DNA of 51,854 nt from NCBI GenBank assembly GCA_051867815.1, contig JBJDZD010000063.1, positions 1 to 51,854 on the forward strand, given 5' to 3'. Positions 37,588 to 46,223 of this stretch are shown here, piece after piece (the stretch's first letter is position 1; each line of letters opens with the position of its first letter). The position numbers and the translations under genes are program-made. This stretch comes from Eubacteriales bacterium (GTDB lineage Bacteria > Bacillota > Clostridia > Oscillospirales > CAG-272). The notes beneath the pieces were generated by a model, which saw only the letters and a program-made list of their open reading frames with translations, did no database searches and was not told the origin of the DNA.

Positions 37588-38976
37588 TTATTTACTGCCG
37601 CCAACCGTGATGTCGGAAACGCGGATGAGGGGCTGGCCTACGTCCGTAGGCACGGAGCCGCTCGCCGAGCCGCACACGCCCTGTGCGGTCTCCATATTCT
37701 GACCGACCATGTCGATCTTCATAAGTATCTCACTTCCGGTGCCGATAAGGGACGCGCCCTTGACCGGCTCGCATATCTGACCCTTGCGAACGATGTAGCC
37801 CTCTCTTACGGCGAAGTTGAAGGCGCCCGTGAAGGGATTGACCGAACCGCCGCCCATTGCCGCCGCATAAATTCCGTCCTCGATGGAGGCAATGATGTCC
37901 TCGTTCTTGTCCGGGCCGTTTGCAATGTATGTATTTGTCATGCGGGAGGTCGGCTCGAAGGAATAATCCTGACGGCGCGCGCTTGCGGTTGAGGGCATGC
38001 CCATTCTGCGAGAGCCGAGGCGATCGATCATATACGATGTAAGGATACCGTCCTTGATGAGGGTGCGCTTTATCATTGGCATGCCCTCGTCGTCGATGTT
38101 GCAGGAGCCCCAGCCGTTCGGGATGGTGCCGTCGTCGATAGCGGTGACCTTGGGGTTCGCGATCTGCTGACCCATCTTGCCCGTCATCTGCGACATGCCG
38201 ATACCGACCGAGGTCGCCTCAAGCGAGTGTCCGCAAGCCTCGTGGAAGATAACGCCGCCGAAGCCGTTGCCGATGGCAACCGTCATCTTGCCCGAGGGGC
38301 AGGGTACGGCCTTGAGATTTACCATTGCCTGGCGCGCCGCTTCTTTACCGACCTCCTCGGGGTTGACGACGGAGTCGAAAAGCTCCCAGCCCATGCTTCT
38401 TCCGGGGCTTGTGCCGCCGGTCTGAGTTTCAATGCCGTCGGATGCAACGGCGGAAACGGCAATTCTGGTTCTAACCTGGCGGTCGCCGGTGTAAAGTCCC
38501 TCGCTGTTTGCAACTACGAAATTCTTTTCATTGGAGGAGATGTTGCCCGACACCTGAACTATCTGCTCGGCGTAATCGTAAGCCTTGGAGCATGCCGTGC
38601 GGAGAAGCTCCGCGCGAGCCTGAGCCGGAATGTCCGAGGGCACGGTCTTGATGGGATGAATATTCGTGGGGATTCTTTCGGTGAGGTAGAAATCCGGAAT
38701 GCGCGCCACGGGGCTGCCCACAGCCTGAGCCACGCGCTCTGCACACTCGCGCAGACCGGAGGGGGTCAGGTCGGACGTGCATCCGAAATACGTCTTAGTG
38801 CCGACAAACGCGCGAATACCGACACCGCCGTGAACGCTGTCCGCGACCGTCTCGATCTTTTTGTTGCTGTAGCTTACGCTGTTTGCCTTTGAGTATTCCG
38901 AGTAGACTTCAACGAAGTCTGCGCCGCCGTGAAGCACGATGGCAATAAGCTCGGACATTGTTTTCTTATCAAGCAT
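37588..38976 (-). CDS. tldD: TldD metalloprotease
   Basis: Start ATG 38976 (AAAGGA RBS); GVIFHEACGHSLE, DDEG, SRMTNTYI, GGGSVNPFTGAFNF, GVCGSASGSVP..VGQP. Confidence 0.93.
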   Translation of the reverse strand: MLDKKTMSELIAIVLHGGADFVEVYSEYSKANSVSYSNKKIETVADSVHGGVGIRAFVGTKTYFGCTSDLTPSGLRECAERVAQAVGSPVARIPDFYLTERIPTNIHPIKTVPSDIPAQARAELLRTACSKAYDYAEQIVQVSGNISSNEKNFVVANSEGLYTGDRQVRTRIAVSAVASDGIETQTGGTSPGRSMGWELFDSVVNPEEVGKEAARQAMVNLKAVPCPSGKMTVAIGNGFGGVIFHEACGHSLEATSVGIGMSQMTGKMGQQIANPKVTAIDDGTIPNGWGSCNIDDEGMPMIKRTLIKDGILTSYMIDRLGSRRMGMPSTASARRQDYSFEPTSRMTNTYIANGPDKNEDIIASIEDGIYAAAMGGGSVNPFTGAFNFAVREGYIVRKGQICEPVKGASLIGTGSEILMKIDMVGQNMETAQGVCGSASGSVPTDVGQPLIRVSDITVGGSK

Positions 38977-39104
38977 TTTGCGTTGTTTCCTTTCTCGTCT
39001 TGATTTATTTTTATACGGAATAATTATATCACAATCTTTGCCGGATGTAAATATGAATTTGGAAATTTGTGATATATTTTTAATGGAAACTTGCTGAATA
39101 TCTA

Positions 39105-39133
39105 TTGACAATGACGAAGCAATATGATATAAT
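39105..39133 (+). promoter_or_regulatory. Perfect-consensus sigA promoter
   Basis: TTGACA-N17-TATAAT with TG extended -10. Confidence 0.7.
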
Positions 39134-39424
39134 CAATTTGAACAAATTTGTAATAATTATTCGGCAGTCAGTGCAGCTATTCTCACAAAAAGTAACTGCT
39201 ATATGAAATACTGTGCCCACATATGTAAATAAGCCACACAGTAGTTGCAATATGAATTACTGTTGGAATTAATTATTATACAGGAAAGGAGACCAAAATA
39301 TGATATAACACATCACAAGGCATGAAAAATGTTGATTGCAACCGTTCTTTCGAAACCAAGTAGCTTTTACACTCTACCTGCAATTACTTAGAAACATTAT
39401 ACTAATTATTAGGAGGCAAATCAA

Positions 39425-40144
39425 ATGAAAAGAACATTCGCTATATTCCTAACGGTTTTTTTGCTCGCTTTGTCAGCTTGCTCTCCGGTGAACGGGACGC
39501 AGGATACTACATTTGATGATGATTTCTGTGGCGGGGGGTTTGACTATGAATATTGGAATAAGCAATTCAGATATACCAAGAATACAAGCCCATCGATTGA
39601 TCTGTTTATCGATTGGCTCGAGTCGGGGGGAACTTTGCTCGTAAACGAAAAAAACTATTCCGAGCATGACAACAATAACGCTATTCTTGATTGGGCGGCA
39701 TCGCAGGGCAAAATTCTGATACCCAAGTCAACAGATAGTACAATGACTTTTGATTTTCTGATAACTTATCACTACAAAAATGAATATTGTATACGACTTG
39801 GTAACGAAGAAAAAAACACATGGATAACCGTTTCGTTTTTTCCGTTAACTGCGGAGCAATCTGACGCGGATCTTTGGACGCTTGTTCAAGAGCTGATAAC
39901 GGAAGGCAGAATAACGAACGAAATAACATGCCAAAAAGGCAATTGCGAAAAATGGGGCGAATATGTTTATTACAAATACGTTGATAACACATATGACGGC
40001 ACATTTATTATTTATGAGAATTATCTTTTGTTTATCCGCATAACCAACGACGCGATTTCCTGGTCTCCGGATAACTTAAACCTCGTAGACTTTTTCTTCG
40101 TTCCCGTGAACGTGGAGGCAACCGACTCCTCATCCCGGTCCTGA
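39425..40144 (+). CDS. AT-rich hypothetical lipoprotein
   Basis: AGGAGG RBS; MKRTFAIFLTVFLLALSAC lipobox; codons clearly more A/T-ending than neighbouring genes. Confidence 0.7.
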   Translation: MKRTFAIFLTVFLLALSACSPVNGTQDTTFDDDFCGGGFDYEYWNKQFRYTKNTSPSIDLFIDWLESGGTLLVNEKNYSEHDNNNAILDWAASQGKILIPKSTDSTMTFDFLITYHYKNEYCIRLGNEEKNTWITVSFFPLTAEQSDADLWTLVQELITEGRITNEITCQKGNCEKWGEYVYYKYVDNTYDGTFIIYENYLLFIRITNDAISWSPDNLNLVDFFFVPVNVEATDSSSRS

Positions 40145-40188
40145 CACCCGAAGCGGAAACGGTGCTTGCACGGCAAGCGAATATCATT

Positions 40189-40226
40189 CCCCGCAGGCGA
40201 TCTGATCGCCTGCGGGGTTCATTTTG
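40189..40226 (+). terminator. Intrinsic terminator
   Basis: CCCCGCAGGCGAT / ATCGCCTGCGGGG stem then TTCATTTT. Confidence 0.7.
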
Positions 40227-40267
40227 TTAAATAATAATTAAATATCCGTTTTTTATTTGTTATCCTA

Positions 40268-40296
40268 TTGCAAAACAAAAAAAATAATGATATAAT
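40268..40296 (+). promoter_or_regulatory. sigA-type promoter of dehydrogenase-malic enzyme operon
   Basis: TTGCAA-N17-TATAAT with TG extended -10 and AT-rich upstream tract. Confidence 0.65.
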
Positions 40297-40357
40297 ATTT
40301 CCGTCTGAAAATCCTTTGAAAAAATTAATTATTTATAAAAAGAAAGGTGACCCAACA

Positions 40358-41467
40358 ATGGCAAAACACATCGTCGATTGGAACACAATCACAAACTTCG
40401 TTATCGACTCCTTCGTCGGCTACGGCATTCCCCGCGCCGATGCGGAGATCTGCGCGGACGTTCTTCTCGAATCCGACAAGCGCGGCATCGAGTCCCACGG
40501 CTGCAACCGCTTCAAGCCCGTTTACCTTGACAGAATCAAGGCCGGCATCCAGAACCCCGTAACCAACTTCGAGATCATCAAGGAGACCGAGACCACCGCT
40601 GTTGTTGACGGTCACGACGGTATGGGTCAGGTCATAGGCTACAAGTCCATGCAGATGGCTATCGACAAGGCTAAGAAATACGGCATGGGCATGGTCGTCG
40701 TTCGCAACTCCTGCCACTACGGTATCGCAGGCTACTACACCACCATGGCTGCAAACGCGGGCTGCATCGGTATGACCGGTACGAACGCTCGCCCCACCGT
40801 TACCCCCACTCACTCCGTTGAAGGCATGTTCGGTACCAACCCCCTCACCCTCTCCGTTCCCACCGACGAAGCTTTCGACTGGAACTTCGACGCCGCTACC
40901 TCCACCATTCAGAACGGTAAGCTCGAGTACTACGCTCGTATCAACCACGAAACTCCCACCGGCACTCTCGTAGACCCCGAAGGTCACATCGTTGAAGGCC
41001 CCGCAAGCGACGTTCTTAAGGCTATGGCAAGAAACGAAGCTGCTCTTCTTCCCCTTGGCGGTCTCGGCGAGTCCCTCTCCGGCTACAAGGGCTACAACTT
41101 CGCAATGTTCGTTGAGCTTCTCAGCGCTGTTCTCCAGGACGGCAACTACGGCAAGATGCTCACCGGTAAGGGCCCGAACGGCGAGAAGGTTCCCTTCCAC
41201 CTCGGCCACTTCTTCATTGCCATCGACACCGACCACTTCCTCGGCGAGGACGTTTGCCGCAAGAAGGCAGGCGACATCCTTCGTGCAGTTCGCGCCGCTA
41301 AGAAGGTTCCCGGCGAAGATCGCATCTACACCGCAGGTGAGAAGGAATACGAGATCCGTCTCGCTCGCGAGTCCGGTGTTCCGATCAACGAGTCCGTACA
41401 GGGCGAAATGTCCGCTATCCGCGACGAGCTTGGTCTGTCCCAGTACGTATTCCCCTGGGAGAAATAA
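40358..41467 (+). CDS. Ldh_2 family (type 2 malate/L-lactate) dehydrogenase, probably malate dehydrogenase
   Basis: Start ATG 40358 (AAGGTG RBS); SDKRGIESHG, VDGHDGMGQ, NSCHYGIAGYY, FGTNP, GYKGY; strong high-expression codon bias. Confidence 0.88.
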   Translation: MAKHIVDWNTITNFVIDSFVGYGIPRADAEICADVLLESDKRGIESHGCNRFKPVYLDRIKAGIQNPVTNFEIIKETETTAVVDGHDGMGQVIGYKSMQMAIDKAKKYGMGMVVVRNSCHYGIAGYYTTMAANAGCIGMTGTNARPTVTPTHSVEGMFGTNPLTLSVPTDEAFDWNFDAATSTIQNGKLEYYARINHETPTGTLVDPEGHIVEGPASDVLKAMARNEAALLPLGGLGESLSGYKGYNFAMFVELLSAVLQDGNYGKMLTGKGPNGEKVPFHLGHFFIAIDTDHFLGEDVCRKKAGDILRAVRAAKKVPGEDRIYTAGEKEYEIRLARESGVPINESVQGEMSAIRDELGLSQYVFPWEK

Positions 41468-41536
41468 TTAACCATACGATTAATTCATTGGGGCGGCTCT
41501 GACCGCCCCAAAATTCACCGAAAAGGAACAGATTCT

Positions 41537-42715
41537 ATGAATTACAGAGAAGAATCCCTCAAAAAGCACGCCGAATGGAACGGCAAAATCGAAGTTACTG
41601 CTCGCATTCCCGTCAACACACGCGACGACCTTTCGCTGGCGTACACTCCCGGCGTCGCAGAGCCTTGTCTTGCAATTCAGGCTGACTATAACAAGTCTTT
41701 TGAGCTGACACGTCGCAGCAATCTCGTTGCCGTCATTACGGACGGTACGGCAGTCCTCGGTCTGGGCGATATCGGACCGGAGGCAGGTATGCCCGTTATG
41801 GAGGGCAAATGCCTGCTCTTTAAGGAGTTCGGCGACGTTGACGCATTCCCACTCTGCATCCGCTCCAAGGACGTTGACGAGATCGTTCGCACCATTTATC
41901 TTCTCTCCGGCTCCTTCGGAGGCATCAACCTCGAGGATATAGCTGCTCCCCGTTGCTTTGAGATCGAGCGCAGACTTATCGAGCTTTGCGACATCCCGAT
42001 CTTCCACGACGACCAGCACGGCACCGCCATCGTCGTTGCCGCGGCGCTTCTCAATGCGCTTAAGATCGTGAAAAAGGACCTCGCCGAGATAAAGATTGCA
42101 ATGAGCGGCGCAGGCGCAGCAGGCGTTTCGATCGCCAAGCACCTCATCCACATGGGCGCGACCGCAGGCAACATAATCATGTGCAACAGCCGCGGCACCA
42201 TCTACGAGGGCAAGCCCGGCCTCAACTCCGAAATTCAAGAGATGGCAAAGATCACGAACAAGGATAAGCTGGACGGCACCATTGCCGACGCGCTCCGCGG
42301 CGCGGACGTATTCATCGGCGTTTCCGCTCCCGGCACCGTTACCGCCGAAATGGTTTCAACCATGGCAAAGGACGCCATCGTATTCCCGATGGCAAAGCCC
42401 ACCCCCGAGATCATGCCCGACGAGGCAAAGGCAGGCGGCGCACGCATCATCGGTACGGGTCGTTCCGACTTCCCGAACCAGATCAACAATCTTCTTGCTT
42501 TCCCCGGCATCTTCCGCGGCGCGCTCGACGTTCGCGCATCGGTCATCAACGAGGAAATGAAGGTTGCAACCTCCCGTGCCCTCGCTTCCCTCATCAGCGA
42601 TGAGGATCTGAACGAGGAAAACATCATACCCTCGGCACTTGACAAGAACGTGGGCAAGGTCGTAGCCGCCGCCGTCGCACAGGCAGCCCGCGACACCGGC
42701 GTAGCTCGCATCTGA
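41537..42715 (+). CDS. NAD(P)-dependent malic enzyme
   Basis: DLSLAYTPGVA, DGTAVLGLGDIGP, MPVMEGK, GGINLEDI, FHDDQHGTA, GAGAAG, TGRSDFPNQINN. Confidence 0.95.
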   Translation: MNYREESLKKHAEWNGKIEVTARIPVNTRDDLSLAYTPGVAEPCLAIQADYNKSFELTRRSNLVAVITDGTAVLGLGDIGPEAGMPVMEGKCLLFKEFGDVDAFPLCIRSKDVDEIVRTIYLLSGSFGGINLEDIAAPRCFEIERRLIELCDIPIFHDDQHGTAIVVAAALLNALKIVKKDLAEIKIAMSGAGAAGVSIAKHLIHMGATAGNIIMCNSRGTIYEGKPGLNSEIQEMAKITNKDKLDGTIADALRGADVFIGVSAPGTVTAEMVSTMAKDAIVFPMAKPTPEIMPDEAKAGGARIIGTGRSDFPNQINNLLAFPGIFRGALDVRASVINEEMKVATSRALASLISDEDLNEENIIPSALDKNVGKVVAAAVAQAARDTGVARI

Positions 42716-42729
42716 ACTTTATAACGCTT

Positions 42730-42766
42730 AAAACGCGCCCTGCCCTACGGCCCGGCGCGTTTTTTT
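42730..42766 (+). terminator. Intrinsic terminator
   Basis: AAAACGCGCC / GGCGCGTTTTTTT. Confidence 0.7.
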
Positions 42767-42802
42767 ATAACGCCGGTGAGCTTTTGCGATGCTCGTGTTT
42801 CG

Positions 42803-42831
42803 TCATAAAAGCCTTTCGCGCCGAATATATT
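42803..42831 (+). promoter_or_regulatory. Putative mother-cell sigE promoter
   Basis: TCATA-N16-AATATATT resembles the sigE consensus ATA-N16-18-cATAcanT; lies upstream of a spore coat morphogenetic gene. Confidence 0.5.
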
Positions 42832-42863
42832 TTACCGAAATATATTCTCCCGGAGGACTACCC

Positions 42864-44414
42864 ATGAACAACAGTAAATTTCTCTATCGCGCCCGCGTTT
42901 ATGACCGCGCGGAGCCTTGCGAGCTTTCAGATGACTACACCCTGCCCGATTACATGCCTGCCGTAGGCCGCGTTATCTCATGCACAGCCTCGGTCGCTCC
43001 GCCCTCTCTCTACCTTGCCGGCGGAAGCATCGAGTACGCCGGCGGCGTGCGCTACCGTCTGCTCTACGAATCCGCGGACGACGGCTCGCTCTGGTGCGCC
43101 GAGCTGCCCTCGGAATACGATATTTTCATAAGTCCCGACCGCGACACCACTCTCCCCTCCGACCCCGACCTTCTCTCGGGGCTTGCCGATGTCCGCGCGG
43201 AAAACGTCACCGCTCGCATTACCGCTCCGCGCCGCTTGACCGTCAAGTCCCGTGTGAAGCTCGCCGGCGATCTCACCGCCCAAAAGCCGTTTGAAACCAC
43301 GCTTCGCGGCGACACAAGCGACGCCGGCGCCGTCAAGACTCTCACCGTGCGCACGCAAAGCGGCACGGCGGCAAGTGTAAACGGTACTCCCGTCACCTGC
43401 CGCGACAAGATAACGCCCTCCGAGATCGGTCTTTCCGAGAACGACGATATCCGCATCATTACCACCCGAGGAGACGTCATGCTCAAGACCCTTGAGAGCG
43501 TCGGCGATCAGATTGAATGTCGGGGTGAAGTCTGTGTTTCCCTCCTATTTATTAAAGAAGGCGAGGGCGAGCGTCCGCGCCGCATCACGCGAAAGCTTCC
43601 CTTTTCCTCCGCCCTGCAGCTTGACGCGCAGAACGTCGGCACTCGCGCATACGGCGCCTGCCCCAATCTGAACGCGCGAGTGGAGGAGGGCGGCATCGCC
43701 CTTGAGGGTGACGTCATCGTTTGCGCCGAGAGCTTGGGCACGACCGAGCTTTCCTACATAAAGGACGTCTATTCGCAAACCGCGGATTGCGAGACCTCGC
43801 GCACCAAGCTCACTCTCAGTCGCCCCTTGGCGTGCTTCAACGCCAACGCCACCGTCAGCGCATCCGCTCCCCTCTCCGCGCTCGCTCTTGACAGCGGCAT
43901 GAAGCTCTGTGACTACTCCGCGCGCATAACCGATTGGAGCGCGGACATCGACGAGCGCGGCAGGTTGACCGTTTCGGGCAAAATGAAGGTTTCCGCCCTT
44001 GCCGACAACGGTGCCGAGCTTATACCCGCCGAATTTGACTCCGATTTCAAATACACGGCGGATATTCCCGATGCATCGGCCGCGGAAAACCCGACCGTCA
44101 GCATCATTCCCACGCTCTGCGACCTCAAATGCCGCATCGACGGTGACCGTATGAGCGCCGATTGCGAGCTGTGCTTGGCCATCAAGATCGAAAACGCAAG
44201 TGCCGTCAGCATTCTTTCCGAGGTCAATTTCACGCCGTCGTCCGCTCCCGCGCCCTCATCCTCTCGGATAATCATCTGTTATCCTGCGGCAGGCGAGTCG
44301 CTCTGGGACGTTGCAAAGCGTTACCGCTCGGACGCAGATCTGATAGCGGACAAAAACGACCTCAAAGATGCCTCACCCGAAGCTCCCGTGGGCGCAAAAT
44401 ATCTCATAATTTGA
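42864..44414 (+). CDS. SPOCS (DUF3794) + C-terminal LysM spore coat assembly protein, SipL-like
   Basis: GGAGG RBS before ATG 42864; DYTLPDYMPAVGRVI SPOCS motif; C-terminal GESLWDVAKRY LysM. Confidence 0.8.
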   Translation: MNNSKFLYRARVYDRAEPCELSDDYTLPDYMPAVGRVISCTASVAPPSLYLAGGSIEYAGGVRYRLLYESADDGSLWCAELPSEYDIFISPDRDTTLPSDPDLLSGLADVRAENVTARITAPRRLTVKSRVKLAGDLTAQKPFETTLRGDTSDAGAVKTLTVRTQSGTAASVNGTPVTCRDKITPSEIGLSENDDIRIITTRGDVMLKTLESVGDQIECRGEVCVSLLFIKEGEGERPRRITRKLPFSSALQLDAQNVGTRAYGACPNLNARVEEGGIALEGDVIVCAESLGTTELSYIKDVYSQTADCETSRTKLTLSRPLACFNANATVSASAPLSALALDSGMKLCDYSARITDWSADIDERGRLTVSGKMKVSALADNGAELIPAEFDSDFKYTADIPDASAAENPTVSIIPTLCDLKCRIDGDRMSADCELCLAIKIENASAVSILSEVNFTPSSAPAPSSSRIIICYPAAGESLWDVAKRYRSDADLIADKNDLKDASPEAPVGAKYLII

Positions 44415-44423
44415 TATTTTTCT

Positions 44424-44453
44424 CAAAAAGGAAGCCCCTGCGGCTTCCTTTTG
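44424..44453 (+). terminator. Intrinsic terminator
   Basis: CAAAAAGGAAGCC / GGCTTCCTTTTG. Confidence 0.75.
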
Positions 44454-44455
44454 TA

Positions 44456-44484
44456 TTTACAAAACCAAAATATTATGCTATAAT
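44456..44484 (+). promoter_or_regulatory. sigA-type promoter
   Basis: TTTACA-N17-TATAAT with TG extended -10. Confidence 0.6.
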
Positions 44485-44516
44485 ATCTATAAATAGGAAA
44501 TATCAGGAGGTCTGAC

Positions 44517-46022
44517 ATGTCAAAAATTCTCAAAAAAGCATTTGCGCTCCTCTTTGCGGCGGCAATTCTGACCGCATCGGTCATTCCGACATACGCAAGC
44601 ATCAAGCCGAATTACGATGACTACGAATACGGTGACGCATACGTGCAGAGCAATTATTACGAGCAGCTGCTTGAAGCCAAGGCAAAGCTGACGGGCGACC
44701 AGCGATACGACGTCATTCTCATTGCGCTCTCACAGCTCGGCTATCACGAGGGCGACTGCGACGCCGACATGGACGGCTGGAATCTCGCCGGCACAGGCAA
44801 CTACGTTGAATACAACCGCCTTTTCTGCAAGCTCGACGGCATTTGGGGCTATGCGTGGTGTGCGGCGTTTGCTTCGTGGTGCCAGTTCCAGGCAGGCGTT
44901 CCGGCAGAGATCGATTGCTCGGAGGTAAGCTGTCCGCGAATGATCAACGAGATCCTCAAGCCGCAAAATCTCTATCGCACGCGCGAATCCGGCTACACTC
45001 CCCTCCCCGGCGACCTCATCTACTTCAAAAACAGCTCCTCAACCGCCGTTTCCACACACGTCGGCATAGTTATCGGCATCAAAGACGGTTACGTTTACAC
45101 CGTTGAGGGTAACGGCAACGACAATGTCGGAAGGCATAAATACGCCCTAAGCGACACCTACATAGTCGGCTACGGCGCGCTTGAATACCAAACCAAGGAG
45201 GGAACGGACTATTCCGTTTTCGAGCTTGAGGCCGACGAGAACAAACCCGGCAAGTACACCGTTACCGCAAGCACGCTCAATGTTCGCAGCGGCGTAGGCA
45301 CGAGCTACGGCGTTATCGGCACGCTATCATCGGGCGACACCGTTGAGGTGACCGAATTCAAGAACGGCTGGGGTAAGATCGATTACAGCGGCCGCGAGGG
45401 TTGGGTCTCGGCTTCCTATCTGCAAGATGCAAGCATATCCAAATGGGTTTATACGGTTACTTTCGATAAGAACGGCGGCAGATTCGACGTCGTTCACCAG
45501 CGCAAATTCCTCGGCAAGGAGCTGACGATCACCGAGGAGATACCCACGCGCGAGGGGCACACCTTCCTCGGCTGGTCAACGGAGAAGAACGGTGAGGTCG
45601 TCTACGCCGCAGGCAGCAAGTACACGGATGACGCCGATGCGACCCTTTACGCCGTTTGGGAACCGCTGAAGCTCACGGTCACCTTTGCGGACTACGACGG
45701 CACGGTGCTTACCACGGTCGAATACGATTACGGCTCCGAAGTTGCCGCTCCCGATGGGCTTAACCCCACCCGTGAGACGGACGGCGAATTTGCTTACGAA
45801 TTTGCCGGCTGGGATACCAACCTCTCTAAGTACCTCAAGCGCGACACCACATACACCGCAACGTACACCGCGCGCGAGCTGACAGAAGAGGAAAAAGACG
45901 CATACCTTGCCGCTCAGGCGACCGAAGAGGCAGAGGGCGAGGGTTGCGGCGCGCTGGCGGCATTCCCCATTGCCGTAATCGCGGCATGCGCATGCCTGTT
46001 AATCAAAAAGAAGGAAAATTAA
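44517..46022 (+). CDS. Secreted cell-wall hydrolase: CHAP + SH3 + InlB-B (Listeria-Bacteroides) repeat, C-terminal anchor
   Basis: Signal peptide; ALSQLGYHE, AWCAAFASWC, PGDLIYF, HVGIV, TVEGN; SH3 LNVRSGVGTSY...GWVSASYL; PTREGHTFLGWS...LYAVW; C-terminal GCG + TM + KKK. Confidence 0.88.
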   Translation: MSKILKKAFALLFAAAILTASVIPTYASIKPNYDDYEYGDAYVQSNYYEQLLEAKAKLTGDQRYDVILIALSQLGYHEGDCDADMDGWNLAGTGNYVEYNRLFCKLDGIWGYAWCAAFASWCQFQAGVPAEIDCSEVSCPRMINEILKPQNLYRTRESGYTPLPGDLIYFKNSSSTAVSTHVGIVIGIKDGYVYTVEGNGNDNVGRHKYALSDTYIVGYGALEYQTKEGTDYSVFELEADENKPGKYTVTASTLNVRSGVGTSYGVIGTLSSGDTVEVTEFKNGWGKIDYSGREGWVSASYLQDASISKWVYTVTFDKNGGRFDVVHQRKFLGKELTITEEIPTREGHTFLGWSTEKNGEVVYAAGSKYTDDADATLYAVWEPLKLTVTFADYDGTVLTTVEYDYGSEVAAPDGLNPTRETDGEFAYEFAGWDTNLSKYLKRDTTYTATYTARELTEEEKDAYLAAQATEEAEGEGCGALAAFPIAVIAACACLLIKKKEN

Positions 46023-46034
46023 GCAAATAAAACG

Positions 46035-46078
46035 CGACGGATATTTGCCGGTGGGCAAATATCCGTCGTTTTTTATTA
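46035..46078 (+). terminator. Intrinsic terminator
   Basis: CGACGGATATTTGCC / GGCAAATATCCGTCG perfect stem followed by a T run. Confidence 0.8.
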
Positions 46079-46094
46079 TCTGTTCATCATACGA

Positions 46095-46199
46095 TTGTAA
46101 AAGTCATTGGTTTTTAATTAAATCCGTTTTTTCGGCGGCTTTGCCGACGAAAAAACACCTCTTTGACGAGCAAGGCGAGTCCGCGCGGTCCTCAATTGT
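46095..46199. repeat. Dispersed intergenic element, copy 1 (internally deleted)
   Basis: 46095-46187 aligns to 51521-51611 (about 85% identity by manual count), then joins directly to the shared CTCAATTGT end. Confidence 0.85.
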
Positions 46200-46219
46200 A
46201 AAACGCAGTTTTACAATTG
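46193..46219. terminator. Hairpin downstream of the EEP gene
   Basis: CAATTGTAAAAC-GCA-GTTTTACAATTG perfect 12-bp stem overlapping the repeat end. Confidence 0.5.
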
Positions 46220-46223
46220 GCTT

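Noticed and set aside
38977-39111. N-terminal extension of tldD to 507 aa
   Set aside because: Runs through AT-rich promoter DNA; ATG 38976 has an RBS and gives a normal TldD length.
44517-46022. CHAP hydrolase as the endolysin of the capsid module
   Set aside because: It is 10 kb away and has a Sec signal, membrane anchor and its own sigA promoter, typical of a host autolysin.
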